DNA from: a virus
Lineage: Duplodnaviria > Caudoviricetes
DNA: 52,224 nucleotides
IMG/VR virus record: IMGVR_UViG_3300025674_000061
Coordinates: 1-52,224 of that record
Reading direction: 5' to 3' (one strand)
Below are positions 1-8,669 of the stretch, piece by piece; position 1 is the first letter of the stretch; each line of letters opens with the position of its first letter. Made by a program: the position numbers and the translations under genes. The notes beneath the pieces were generated by a model. That model was given only the letters and a program-made list of their open reading frames with translations. It was not told where the DNA came from and did not search any database.

Positions 1-188
1 GGATGACCATCGACAACAACGTTATGAGGAGGTAAAACATTGTTGATAAAATGAATGCTATCACCAGCACTGATACTAACATCCGAAGGTTCGAAAACAA
101 GTTGTCCATTATTACCCATTTGAACATCTACTGCCCATGCAGGAAGGGCAAAAAACATTGTAGCTAGAAGTGCAAAAAAGAATTTCAT
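1..188 (-). CDS. petE: Plastocyanin, 5' part (runs off the left edge of the window)
   Basis: Not in the ORF track. Manual translation gives MKFFFALLATMFFALPAWAVDVQMGNNGQLVFEPSDVSISAGDSIHFINNVLPPHNVVVDGH: signal peptide plus plastocyanin motifs LVFEPS and PPHNVV. Confidence 0.93.
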   Translation of the reverse strand, partial: MKFFFALLATMFFALPAWAVDVQMGNNGQLVFEPSDVSISAGDSIHFINNVLPPHNVVVDGH

Positions 189-221
189 TAGGTATTTGCA
201 ACTACAACTATGTATGAATAC

Positions 222-458
222 CTATTCAACACTATTCTCTTCTGTTGTGGATTGCAAATAATCTTTTTCTGTTTGATATGGATGCGATTTGCCTGACCAG
301 ATCTCGTAACCTTCTACAAGATCTGGGATCAACCACTGGTCAACACGGTAGCAATACTTCCAGTTGACAGGTTGAATACAATTCATCACAACAACTTGGA
401 AGAATGCTACTAGGTGGATCCAGAAACTATACACTCTCTGGAGGTTGTGATGGAACAA
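222..458 (-). CDS. Hypothetical cyanophage protein (true start uncertain)
   Basis: ORF track; co-oriented and tightly packed between its neighbours. Confidence 0.55.
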   Translation of the reverse strand: MFHHNLQRVYSFWIHLVAFFQVVVMNCIQPVNWKYCYRVDQWLIPDLVEGYEIWSGKSHPYQTEKDYLQSTTEENSVE

Positions 459-732
459 AAGGACTTCGACTACGGTTCTTAATTACAATAAAAGCATCCT
501 TGTTATATTTAACTGTTCCCTTTAGTGGTGCCCATTTAGTTCCAGCACCGTCAATACCATAGACAGACATACCACCAATCTCTACGTGGATATCATCTCC
601 AGGTTCCCATTCAAGATCAGAGATAGCGGAACCTAGTTGTCCCAACCAGGGATTAGGCCATTCTTTAGCAGGATCTCTTACTGTTTCATTGTCTTCCATA
701 ACATGTTCTTCTGGATCTAGTTTTCCGTGCAT
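427..732 (-). CDS. Hypothetical cyanophage protein (MHGKLDPEEH...)
   Basis: ORF-track 427..843 trimmed to the ATG at 732, because the longer version overlaps psbA and its terminator. Confidence 0.65.
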   Translation of the reverse strand: MHGKLDPEEHVMEDNETVRDPAKEWPNPWLGQLGSAISDLEWEPGDDIHVEIGGMSVYGIDGAGTKWAPLKGTVKYNKDAFIVIKNRSRSPFVPSQPPESV

Positions 733-757
733 AAAAAAAGAGGGTCTCTCGACCCTC
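733..757 (-). terminator. Rho-independent terminator of psbA
   Basis: Minus strand GAGGGTC-GAGA-GACCCTC followed by T7. Confidence 0.85.
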
Positions 758-784
758 CCATTATAACAGTTATTCAGTTTTAAA

Positions 785-1864
785 TCAACCAACAGCAGGT
801 GCGGTGAGTGCAACAGGAGTAGACTCTGCAGCTGCGAGGTCAAGAGGGAAGTTGTGAGCGTTGCGCTCGTGCATCACTTCCATACCGAGGTTGGCGCGGT
901 TGAGCACGTCAGCCCAGGTGTTCAGCACACGACCCTGGGAATCCAGGATCGACTGGTTGAAGTTGAAGCCGTTCAGGTTGAAGGCCATGGTGCTAACACC
1001 AAGAGCAGTGAACCAGATGCCAACAACAGGCCATGCTGCGAGGAAGAAGTGCAGAGAACGAGAGTTGTTGAAGGATGCGTATTGGAAGATCAGACGACCA
1101 AAGTATCCGTGAGCAGCAACAATGTTATAGGTCTCTTCTTCTTGACCGAACTTGTAACCATAGTTCTGGGACTCAGACTCGGTGGTTTCACGAACCAGCG
1201 AGGAAGTAACCAGAGAACCGTGCATTGCACTGAACAGAGAACCACCGAACACACCAGCGACACCCAACATGTGGAAGGGGTGCATCAGGATGTTGTGCTC
1301 TGCTTGGAAGACAAGCATGTAGTTGAAAGTACCACTAATGCCCAGGGGCATTGCATCAGAGAAAGAACCTTGACCGAAAGGATAGACCAGGAAGACAGCA
1401 GATGCAGCAGCAACAGGTGCAGAGTATGCAACGCAGATCCAAGGACGCATACCTAGACGGTAAGAAAGTTCCCACTCACGGCCCATATATGCATAGATGC
1501 CGATGAGGAAGTGGAAGACTACGAGTTGGAAAGGTCCACCATTGTAGAGCCACTCATCGAGAGAAGCTGCTTCCCAGATGGGATAGAAGTGAAGACCAAT
1601 TGCATTGGAGGAAGGGATAACAGCACCAGAGATGATGTTGTTTCCATACATCAGAGAACCAGCGACTGGTTCACGGATGCCGTCAATGTCCACAGGGGGA
1701 GCACCGACGAAGGCAACGATGAAGCAGGTTGCTGCAGCGAGCAACGTAGGAATCATCAGGACACCGAACCAACCAACATAAAGGCGGTTGTCAGTGGAGG
1801 TTACCCAGTTACAGAATTGTTCCCAGGCATTAATAGAACGTTTTTGTGAAAGAGTTGCAGTCAT
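785..1864 (-). CDS. psbA: Photosystem II D1 protein
   Basis: Unmistakable D1 sequence ([32 protein letters not shown]); 359 aa; no intron. Confidence 0.99.
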   Translation of the reverse strand: MTATLSQKRSINAWEQFCNWVTSTDNRLYVGWFGVLMIPTLLAAATCFIVAFVGAPPVDIDGIREPVAGSLMYGNNIISGAVIPSSNAIGLHFYPIWEAASLDEWLYNGGPFQLVVFHFLIGIYAYMGREWELSYRLGMRPWICVAYSAPVAAASAVFLVYPFGQGSFSDAMPLGISGTFNYMLVFQAEHNILMHPFHMLGVAGVFGGSLFSAMHGSLVTSSLVRETTESESQNYGYKFGQEEETYNIVAAHGYFGRLIFQYASFNNSRSLHFFLAAWPVVGIWFTALGVSTMAFNLNGFNFNQSILDSQGRVLNTWADVLNRANLGMEVMHERNAHNFPLDLAAAESTPVALTAPAVG

Positions 1865-1877
1865 TGTTATGAACAGT

Positions 1878-1985
1878 TAGTAAGTCCATCAGGGAAATGG
1901 TGGAGGTACTATTTCCTCGCCACCCTCAGGCGAGGATATGAGAGACGTGCTTTATACACCCTATAGGTCTCGGTTTGGGGTGTTA
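1878..1985 (-). ncRNA. Structured psbA leader, PhotoRC-II-like RNA motif
   Basis: Leader has a CACCC/GGGTG stem, potential GAGAC/GTCTC pseudoknot, hairpin TCCTCGCC-TGAGGGT-GGCGAGGA and a CCAT/ATGG stem. Position and look match the phage psbA PhotoRC-II motif as remembered. Confidence 0.7.
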
Positions 1986-2025
1986 CAAACGATTAGAAAT
2001 GTTTACATTCCTTAACCCGTTGACT

Positions 2026-2059
2026 TATTTAGTATAACCCGAACCCACTTTCGTGTCAA
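2026..2059 (-). promoter_or_regulatory. psbA promoter: sigma70-type overlapped by a late-like CTAAATA
   Basis: TTGACA(2059-2054)-17 nt-TATACT(2036-2031), continuing into CTAAATA (2032-2026). Confidence 0.8.
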
Positions 2060-2086
2060 GCCATGGGTTTTGGTGATTTAGTTTCC

Positions 2087-3355
2087 TTATAGGATACATT
2101 GAGTACACTTATGTGCAAGTCCAGGCATGTGTTCGAAGTATCCAAAGTCAAACACGGCATCAAGTTCCCAGATAAACATTGGATGAGCGATAGGAGATGT
2201 GGTCCAGGTATCATCCATCTGCACCGCTCCCTCCAAAGTAAAGTCTTTGGACATACAGATCTTCATGAACTCAGATCCTTGGACTTGGTTCATGGATACT
2301 TCAGAAGCCCAGTCCCAGAAAGGAGTCTTGTGAATACTTCCTCTGTGATAATGAAAAGCAATAAAGTCTCGGAATGAATGTAAATATCTTCGATACTGAT
2401 CATTCAATTCATCTTCTTCCAGATCATAGTTAAAATAATCTATCGCCATAGTAGCGAGAGTTGTATATAAAGGAACTCCATATCCATGAAGAGGTTCGTA
2501 TGTATAAAGGGCATTTCCATTCCTTAAAATTTTTCCATCAACAAATTTCTTAGAGTGATAGTGAGGCCAAGAAAAAGATTTTACGTTGTCCCTCAACTTA
2601 TCATAATCAATATGAGCTCTAGGAATTCTATGTTCTCGTAAAAATCTATGCGAGTCCTTTATTGCTTCTTCTTCAGTAGTGACCTTATTATTGTACAGGT
2701 ATCCCCAACTACTCCTATTACTAACTGGGATGCCAAACATCCATCCATTTGGATGAGCGATGTGATAGGTCCATTCCCAATCGCCTGGTTTATCACAGAC
2801 GTTTATGATCACAGAATTAATTGCAATCGATTCTGGATCTTCATATGTGTCATCAAATTCCTTTGGTATGCCTCTACAATCTATGACGTAATTGTATTTG
2901 AGAACTTCATCACCAAGGGACACATAAGCACCAGCAGAGTCTTGCCAGATATCTTTAACTACACCATGGACTTCCTTGAACTTGTGTCCCCAATAATGTT
3001 TGAGTCTGGGAAGTACAAATGGTCTCCATGAATATGTGTCAGCGTGTACTCCTTGACAGGAAAGAGATAGATATCCATTGAGGCTCTCAGGAAAGTTCTG
3101 AGTCTCACACCAATCCACAAGAGCAACACCATGTTTGGTTGTGGCATTTATTTCCTTCATGTCAAAAGGAAATTGAAACTGAAGTGATCCCCTAAGTAAC
3201 TGAACAAAGTCATGCGAAAGACTCTCCCCCACACCAATGATGGGAGAATTTGGATCATGTATTAAATCAACCTCCAAATCTACAGGAGACCTTGAACACA
3301 TGACCATCGCGGAAACTAATCCGCCTGTTCCACTTCCGACTACAGCTACTTTCAT
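2087..3355 (-). CDS. Flavin-dependent (tryptophan halogenase/PrnA-like) halogenase
   Basis: GSGTGG FAD motif, IGVGES, conserved Lys in NATTKHG, GWMFGIP (variant of WxWxIP), EPLHGYG. Confidence 0.85.
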   Translation of the reverse strand: MKVAVVGSGTGGLVSAMVMCSRSPVDLEVDLIHDPNSPIIGVGESLSHDFVQLLRGSLQFQFPFDMKEINATTKHGVALVDWCETQNFPESLNGYLSLSCQGVHADTYSWRPFVLPRLKHYWGHKFKEVHGVVKDIWQDSAGAYVSLGDEVLKYNYVIDCRGIPKEFDDTYEDPESIAINSVIINVCDKPGDWEWTYHIAHPNGWMFGIPVSNRSSWGYLYNNKVTTEEEAIKDSHRFLREHRIPRAHIDYDKLRDNVKSFSWPHYHSKKFVDGKILRNGNALYTYEPLHGYGVPLYTTLATMAIDYFNYDLEEDELNDQYRRYLHSFRDFIAFHYHRGSIHKTPFWDWASEVSMNQVQGSEFMKICMSKDFTLEGAVQMDDTWTTSPIAHPMFIWELDAVFDFGYFEHMPGLAHKCTQCIL

Positions 3356-3367
3356 AAAATCAGGTAC

Positions 3368-3394
3368 AAAAAAAGTCAGAATCTCTTCTGACTT
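3368..3394 (-). terminator. Rho-independent terminator
   Basis: AAGTCAGAA-GAGA-TTCTGACTT followed by a T-tract. Confidence 0.8.
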
Positions 3395-3405
3395 CCTTGA
3401 AATAT

Positions 3406-3531
3406 TTAGATAGGGTTGTAAGCAGGGATCATCATTCCCCCATCCATGTCGTCATCATCGTCTGCATTGGAACTACCAGAGGCGACAATCAATAGATACG
3501 TTCCCAGTAGTATCATTGCAAACAATAACAT
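3406..3531 (-). CDS. Small membrane peptide (MLLFAMILLG...DDDDDMDGGMMIPAYNPI)
   Basis: ATG overlaps the hli stop (TGATG); one TM segment plus an acidic tail. Confidence 0.65.
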   Translation of the reverse strand: MLLFAMILLGTYLLIVASGSSNADDDDDMDGGMMIPAYNPI

Positions 3532-3638
3532 CACCAAATACCAGGAATGATTTGACCTGTGGTGGCATAGGATCCCATTGCAGCGATCACTCCGATCATT
3601 GCTGCCCAACCATTAATACGTTCTGCGCGTTCGTTCAT
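3531..3638 (-). CDS. hli: High-light-inducible protein (35 aa)
   Basis: Below the ORF-track cutoff. MNERAERINGWAAMIGVIAAMGSYATTGQIIPGIW has the AExxNGxxAM and TGQIIPG motifs. Confidence 0.93.
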   Translation of the reverse strand: MNERAERINGWAAMIGVIAAMGSYATTGQIIPGIW

Positions 3639-3786
3639 TTGTTTTCTCCTGTTTTGTTTTGTTGTAAATAATAATCTCTTCACCGTCGTGGGTGAAGACT
3701 AGTTCATCATCGTGCGCCCAGCAAAGTTCTTCATACAAAGAATTGAGTCTCCTCATATCTTCCCAGAGAGCATTTTCCTTAGACAT
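3613..3786 (-). CDS. Small hypothetical protein (MSKENALWEDMRRLNSLYEELCW...)
   Basis: Manual translation, 57 aa; fills the gap between petF and hli. Confidence 0.7.
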   Translation of the reverse strand: MSKENALWEDMRRLNSLYEELCWAHDDELVFTHDGEEIIIYNKTKQEKTNERTRRTY

Positions 3787-3790
3787 AATA

Positions 3791-4084
3791 TCAATAGAGT
3801 TGATCTTCTTGATCAGTCAATAGGGTAACATCACTGGTTGGATATGCAACACAAGTCAGAACAAATCCAGCTTCAATTTGATCATCATCAAGGAAGGACT
3901 GGTCACCTTGGTCAACAGTACCACTTACAATCTTACCAGCACAGGAAGAACAAGCACCTGCACGGCAGGAGTAGTTCATATCCACACCCTGATCTTCAGC
4001 AGCATCCAAGATGTACTGATCATCTTCACAAGTGATAGTGGTTTCACCTTCTGCACTCTTAAGAGTAATGTTGTAGGAAGTCAT
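3791..4084 (-). CDS. petF: Plant-type [2Fe-2S] ferredoxin
   Basis: [11 protein letters not shown]...LTCVAYP. Confidence 0.97.
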   Translation of the reverse strand: MTSYNITLKSAEGETTITCEDDQYILDAAEDQGVDMNYSCRAGACSSCAGKIVSGTVDQGDQSFLDDDQIEAGFVLTCVAYPTSDVTLLTDQEDQLY

Positions 4085-4170
4085 TAATAAGTTTCAGATA
4101 GTTTTTCTACAGAGTACGCCAACAAAACAAAGAAGGCGATACTAGTGATTGTAAAGCAAATCTGTGTCAT
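4084..4170 (-). CDS. 28-aa hydrophobic peptide ([28 protein letters not shown])
   Basis: Fills the gap; its stop overlaps the petF ATG (TAATG). Confidence 0.55.
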   Translation of the reverse strand: MTQICFTITSIAFFVLLAYSVEKLSETY

Positions 4171-4172
4171 TG

Positions 4173-4391
4173 TCAAATACCAAAGGCACCGAAAAAGAAC
4201 AGACTACCAGTAGTGGCATAAGAAATGACCGCTGCTACAAATCCAAGCATTGCAGTACGACCATTGAGTTTCTCTGCACGTTCTGCATGAGACTCCATAC
4301 CATACTTAGCACGGTCTTCATCAGTCATATACATTGCAGGTTCGATAGCGAACATATTTTGTTGTCCGCGTTCGTTTGTAGTAACAGTCAT
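4173..4391 (-). CDS. hli: High-light-inducible protein
   Basis: AEKLNGRTAMLGF motif; N-terminal NMFAIEP. Confidence 0.95.
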   Translation of the reverse strand: MTVTTNERGQQNMFAIEPAMYMTDEDRAKYGMESHAERAEKLNGRTAMLGFVAAVISYATTGSLFFFGAFGI

Positions 4392-4416
4392 TATTTTGTT
4401 AAGATTTACAACTATA

Positions 4417-4446
4417 ATTATATAGTATTGTAACAGTTTTTGTCAA
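4417..4446 (-). promoter_or_regulatory. Sigma70-type promoter of the hli/petF cluster
   Basis: TTGACA-18 nt-TATAAT. Confidence 0.65.
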
Positions 4447-4462
4447 CGGTATTTTTGTTATA

Positions 4463-4618
4463 TTAGTAACCAAATTCCATCAGTTTATCTAATACTTTAG
4501 ATAAGTACTGGTGGGCTTTCCACTTTTCCCCATTAGGAATTTCCTCGTGGTCCAGCTGGTGTTTCAAGTTATAGATATGGGCAATCAATATGTTCTTGTC
4601 CACAGGTCCTCTAGGCAT
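4463..4618 (-). CDS. Small hypothetical protein (MPRGPVDKNILIAHIYNLK...)
   Basis: Manual translation, 51 aa; co-oriented. Confidence 0.65.
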   Translation of the reverse strand: MPRGPVDKNILIAHIYNLKHQLDHEEIPNGEKWKAHQYLSKVLDKLMEFGY

Positions 4619-4644
4619 TGTTCTAAATGAGTATTCATTACTAG

Positions 4645-5232
4645 TTATACCTCAGGAACATCAAAGTTATACCATCCTGTTGCGATATACTTCGTTTGTG
4701 TGTGGGAAACCTGACTTCTATGAGTATGCGTCCAATACGCAGGCCAAATAACTACCCTACCTTCGACTGCTTTTAGTGTAGTTTCTTGGTCTAGAAATTG
4801 AGTGCCGCCATCTGGAACATCATTTAAGTAAATCATCCAAGCAAGTATCCTCCTACATGCATCAGAATGAGGAAACTCATTAAAGTTTCCATGTTCATGA
4901 TGCCAATTTTTAAATCCGCCTCCTGGGAAATACTTCTGAATGTTGTAATAGGGATCCAAGTTCCAAGAACTAGAGACATAATTGATCCCCTTTACTTCTT
5001 CATGATATTCTTTTGTATGATATATAAGAATTTCTTCAAGCAATTGATCTACTGGATCTTGTTCCCTGAAGTCCTTAGTCCAGTCAGTAGATTGTTTATG
5101 TGATTGATCTACTTCGCCACCCCAAGCAACCCCAGGACTGTGTTTGTCTGGGTGCATTTCAAACCATTTAATAACCCTCTCACATTCAACATGCGAGAGG
5201 GCACCATCACGAACGTATATAAATTGCATCAC
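4645..5232 (-). CDS. 2OG-Fe(II) oxygenase
   Basis: WHHE, LAWMIYLNDV..GGT.F, WPAYWTHTHR, KYIATGW. Confidence 0.9.
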   Translation of the reverse strand: MMQFIYVRDGALSHVECERVIKWFEMHPDKHSPGVAWGGEVDQSHKQSTDWTKDFREQDPVDQLLEEILIYHTKEYHEEVKGINYVSSSWNLDPYYNIQKYFPGGGFKNWHHEHGNFNEFPHSDACRRILAWMIYLNDVPDGGTQFLDQETTLKAVEGRVVIWPAYWTHTHRSQVSHTQTKYIATGWYNFDVPEV

Positions 5233-5256
5233 TAATCACAGAAGTGTTCTCTATTA

Positions 5257-5460
5257 CTAATTATATTCACTAATAATCCGTTCACACTTCTCCGTATTCT
5301 TCTTGCAAAATTCCGTAACGTAAGAATCTACGTCTACATTCATTTTATAGTGAGCATGTGTATGGATTAATTGTATTGCACATAAAGATCCAACAGTTAT
5401 CAACAACAAATGACAAATAGGACTGCTTGCACAGCAGAGTAGATTCTTACGAAAGTTCAT
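5257..5460 (-). CDS. Hypothetical membrane-anchored protein
   Basis: ORF track; TM segment; coupled to the upstream gene. Confidence 0.65.
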   Translation of the reverse strand: MNFRKNLLCCASSPICHLLLITVGSLCAIQLIHTHAHYKMNVDVDSYVTEFCKKNTEKCERIISEYN

Positions 5461-5816
5461 CAGAAGCGATACTTAGTGGTGATCTCTGCCTTCCAATCAG
5501 TCTTGGTGCTCAGGCTGATTGCTTCAACCTTTGCCTTAGCAGAAAGCTTTTCGGTCAACTTGATAGCGGATCCGATCTCAGCAGCAACGAAACCTTTGGA
5601 GTCGCCACCATCAGGGGTCTTGGCACCACCACCAAGCTCAACATAGGGCTTAGCGATACCAACTTTCCAGTCATAACCAAGACGAGCCTGGTTGACTGCT
5701 TCTTTGTAGTTGTCGTCGGTGAATTTGAATTCAGACTTCGTGGACACATAGGGTCCTGCAAGGGCAGGTGCTGCGATCATGGGCAGTGCCAGAGCAGCAA
5801 GAGCGATTGCTTTCAT
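5460..5816 (-). CDS. Small outer-membrane beta-barrel-like protein
   Basis: Start trimmed to MKAIALAAL; signal peptide ending ALA-GPYV; amphipathic strands; C-terminal KYRF. Confidence 0.7.
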   Translation of the reverse strand: MKAIALAALALPMIAAPALAGPYVSTKSEFKFTDDNYKEAVNQARLGYDWKVGIAKPYVELGGGAKTPDGGDSKGFVAAEIGSAIKLTEKLSAKAKVEAISLSTKTDWKAEITTKYRF

Positions 5817-5850
5817 GGGAAATTTCCTTTGAATTGGGTTTACTTGTCTC

Positions 5851-5885
5851 AAAAAAAGAGACCTCTACAGTTTAGTAGAGATCTC
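5851..5885 (-). terminator. Rho-independent terminator
   Basis: GAGATCTCTAC-TAAACT-GTAGAGGTCTC followed by T7. Confidence 0.85.
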
Positions 5886-5914
5886 GGATTTTGTCGTTAA
5901 GTATTAGTTAACAA

Positions 5915-6286
5915 TCAGAAAGTGAACTTCAGACCAGCCTTGGTGCCGTAAGAACGGTCAACACCAGCAACGCCACTACCAACGAAGGAGACTTCGCCGT
6001 AAGCAGACAGTTGATCGGTCAGACCAGCAGACAGACCTGCCTTACCCGAAGGAACGGTGTCAGAAGCACCACCGTCAGGAGCAACGATCGTAGCACCACC
6101 TTGGACGTACCAAGCAGCGGACTCACCCAGAGCACCTTCGTAGCCGACGTGGGTGTCGATGTTGGTGCCAGAGTAGTTAGAACCAGTGAAACCACTGTTG
6201 GCTTCTACGTTAACGTAGGGACCTGCAAAAGCAGCGCCAGCGAACAGGGGGGCAGCAGCAGCGGCTGCGAGAACAGATTTAAACAT
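5915..6286 (-). CDS. Small outer-membrane beta-barrel-like protein (paralog of 5460..5816)
   Basis: Start trimmed to MFKSVLAAA (RBS GAGGA); signal peptide AFA-GPYV; C-terminal GLKFTF. Confidence 0.75.
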   Translation of the reverse strand: MFKSVLAAAAAAPLFAGAAFAGPYVNVEANSGFTGSNYSGTNIDTHVGYEGALGESAAWYVQGGATIVAPDGGASDTVPSGKAGLSAGLTDQLSAYGEVSFVGSGVAGVDRSYGTKAGLKFTF

Positions 6287-6304
6287 TTGAATTCCTCGTA
6301 ATTT

Positions 6305-6357
6305 ACTTGCGGAATGGTTACCCGCAGATGATGGATCGGGTTCGACTTTCCGATCGC
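6305..6357 (-). promoter_or_regulatory. Two-hairpin structured 5' leader
   Basis: GATCGG-AAAGTCGAAC-CCGATC and TGCGG-GTAACCATT-CCGCA, between promoter and RBS. Confidence 0.5.
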
Positions 6358-6364
6358 TATTAAT

Positions 6365-6492
6365 AGAATACCACATAACCGTGGTCAGGTCAACAAAACG
6401 TCTGCGAGTAGTTGAGGCTTTCGTTTGTTGTAAAACGTAACACTGGGTTACGTCCATTTATTTATACTACCTTATTTCTTTAGGATTGTCAA
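6365..6492 (-). promoter_or_regulatory. Promoter stack: two sigma70-type plus one T4 late promoter
   Basis: TTGACA-17-TAGTAT (6492-6464), TATAAATA (6466-6459), TTGACC-17-TATTCT (6393-6365). Confidence 0.7.
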
Positions 6493-7331
6493 GCCATCGC
6501 TGGAGATTGCAGTTCTTGTTGTTGAACTTGGTCTCTTCCCGCGACACGACCCAAATATGGATCGAAATCAGAAATCATATCGATAGTGATATCCGAACCT
6601 CGGGTCTCCCAAAGTTCTCTCAAACCATTGTGGCTACCTCTGTGGAAGATCTCGATATGTTCTGGGTGAATACTCGATCCCAGTTCGATCTTATACAGGA
6701 AGATAGGACAGGCATAAGAGGCACCAGAGTTGTAGATGAGATCATCTGCAACAGGACGTGGCTTAACACCATTGTCCAACTTATACTTTTCTCCTCGGCA
6801 ATGCAAGTCAATCAACTTCTTGGCATGGTGACGAGTGATCACATAACATGCCGTGGAGAAATCATTGATGAATCTGCGATGAATATTTACATGCAGTTCT
6901 CCAGGACAAATGATGGCGACTTGAACCACGTCCCAATCATATGGGACTCTAGACATAAACTGACGCCAGGTAAAAGTCCAGAACCTAGCGATGCTGATGT
7001 CACAATCATCTTCCATCATGATTGCATATGGTGCATCAGTTTCCTCATAGAAGTGTTTAATAGCCTTCAAGTGAGAGGTTAGACACCCAATCTCTCCAGA
7101 GGAAACCTGTTCTGGATATCGTCCTTGGATAATTTCACTTAAATCACTACCAACATTAGGTCTACCATCATAAGCAGAGATACGAGTGTAGTCTTCGATT
7201 TCCCAATACTTAAGTTGATTCTCCATCCAAGCCCATCTCTCTGGTTGATCATCCAGATTGATGATATACAGAGGACCAAACCCCTTCAGTTTATATGCTG
7301 ATTTGTTCTTATCCATTTGGTTCGATGTCAA
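6489..7331 (-). CDS. Glycosyltransferase family 25-like
   Basis: YIINLD...ER, RISAYDG, GEIGCLTSH, MEDD. Likely start is MDKNK at 7316. Confidence 0.85.
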   Translation of the reverse strand: MTSNQMDKNKSAYKLKGFGPLYIINLDDQPERWAWMENQLKYWEIEDYTRISAYDGRPNVGSDLSEIIQGRYPEQVSSGEIGCLTSHLKAIKHFYEETDAPYAIMMEDDCDISIARFWTFTWRQFMSRVPYDWDVVQVAIICPGELHVNIHRRFINDFSTACYVITRHHAKKLIDLHCRGEKYKLDNGVKPRPVADDLIYNSGASYACPIFLYKIELGSSIHPEHIEIFHRGSHNGLRELWETRGSDITIDMISDFDPYLGRVAGRDQVQQQELQSPAMA

Positions 7332-7827
7332 AAAAGAATACCTGTGTAAGTCTGCTAGTTTCTATACTATTCCCAAAACCAGGAATCGTACTTCTATGAT
7401 ACATTATATCGCCTCTATATGCAACTAATCTATTATAAACATTACCAATGCGGATATCTTCTGCATAGTCTCTGATATCTACTCTATGATAGATTGAAGT
7501 TCCGGCTTTAAACGGAGCATCTGGAGTTAGATATAGGACTGCGGCCCATTGAGATCCAATGTCCCTATGAACCCATGTCTCCGTGTCTTCATCGCATGAT
7601 TGGAAATGGAACGTATCATTATTCCAATTCCATTTTATCTTTGCGTTAAAAATTTCCTCAAATCGTTTTGTAATTCCAGTCTCATACTCCCCAGATGCCC
7701 TATTACTACTTCGTACACCAGGAACATGCTTATCGTATTTGGTGTACTCAAATTCGGTTAAAGCAAGGTTCCTGATGTAGTCAGGGGCATCTAAAAAGTT
7801 ATCTACAACTATTAAATTACGATCCAT
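7309..7827 (-). CDS. DUF6445-like / 2OG-Fe(II) oxygenase-fold protein
   Basis: IVVDNF, WVHRD, WAAVLYLTP..GT, YNRLV, RLTQVFF. Confidence 0.7.
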   Translation of the reverse strand: MDRNLIVVDNFLDAPDYIRNLALTEFEYTKYDKHVPGVRSSNRASGEYETGITKRFEEIFNAKIKWNWNNDTFHFQSCDEDTETWVHRDIGSQWAAVLYLTPDAPFKAGTSIYHRVDIRDYAEDIRIGNVYNRLVAYRGDIMYHRSTIPGFGNSIETSRLTQVFFFDIEPNG

Positions 7828-8669
7828 CCTTCACAATAGAGATCTTTAGTGTCCTTATCTGCATAGTCTGGACCAAACCACATCTTAGGTGCAACAACAG
7901 GTCCACGACCGTTCTGCAACCAGGCACCCCACCAGGACAGAGAAGAGTTAGCAATGACAGCACCGCTGCAGAGACTCATGATACAGAGGTCCACAAAGGG
8001 TTCATACGAACCATCCTTATACTTGTCCGTAGGTTCAGAGACCATGAACCTATCATCCTCAAACATCTCCTGTTCTTTAACCCACTCAGGAGAGTCAGAA
8101 CAGATGATTACGGGTTGATCCTCAGGGAAGTTCTTCAGAGCTTCCTCGTAATAGGCCAACGGCTGTGGTGGATGTTGTGACGAACACTGCGTATACGACC
8201 ACTTAAATCCCCTAGCATCGACAAGGTTAGGATCACCCCTACGAACATGAAGAAAGAGAGGCGCTTGATCAAGAGAACCCATAAGTTCCTTGACAGGGTT
8301 GAGGATCGAATCGTGGAAGGTGAAGTCTTCTCTAATCTCATTTTTGATGTTAGCAAAGTACTTCTCTGTCTGGAAGAATCCAAACAAACTCACATCGTTG
8401 GGACACATACGATGAAGTTCTTCATCGAAGTGAAAATGTTTTTCAACAACGACAGGAGCGTGTCCATTATCTAGGACGTGAAGATTTCTCCTCGTCACAT
8501 TGGGAAGAGTAAAAGCTCTATGCAGACTATAGTTATCCACACGATTGCTTTCAAAAGGAGGAATACCAAATTCGTATCCACGCATTGCGGCAATACCTCT
8601 CACCGCAGCATACTGGAACATCTGGTTTCCCAGTCGTCCCAGATTACCCATATTATTAAAGGCTAGCAT
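7812..8669 (-). CDS. GT11 alpha-1,2-fucosyltransferase-like
   Basis: GRLGNQMFQYA, GFFQTEKYF, HVRRGD, IANSSLSWWGAWL. Confidence 0.92.
   Translation of the reverse strand: MLAFNNMGNLGRLGNQMFQYAAVRGIAAMRGYEFGIPPFESNRVDNYSLHRAFTLPNVTRRNLHVLDNGHAPVVVEKHFHFDEELHRMCPNDVSLFGFFQTEKYFANIKNEIREDFTFHDSILNPVKELMGSLDQAPLFLHVRRGDPNLVDARGFKWSYTQCSSQHPPQPLAYYEEALKNFPEDQPVIICSDSPEWVKEQEMFEDDRFMVSEPTDKYKDGSYEPFVDLCIMSLCSGAVIANSSLSWWGAWLQNGRGPVVAPKMWFGPDYADKDTKDLYCEGWIVI

Noticed and set aside
854-1849. Long plus-strand ORFs antisense to psbA
   Set aside because: Shadow frames produced by strong codon bias; no motifs or RBS. The same applies to most antisense ORFs over the sugar operon, nrdAB and the fibre genes.
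785-1864. Group I intron or homing endonuclease associated with psbA
   Set aside because: The frame is continuous at normal D1 length, and the downstream ORF shows no nuclease motif I recognise.
3532-3609. N-terminal part of ORF 3406..3609
   Set aside because: It overlaps the real hli gene in another frame.
6435-6453. Palindrome ACGTAAC-N5-GTTACGT as an NtcA site
   Set aside because: The spacing is GTA-N9-TAC, not GTA-N8-TAC; it may simply be a 5' hairpin.
6287-6457. 57-aa N-terminal extension of the barrel protein
   Set aside because: It runs through promoters and the structured leader; the signal peptide and RBS point to 6286.
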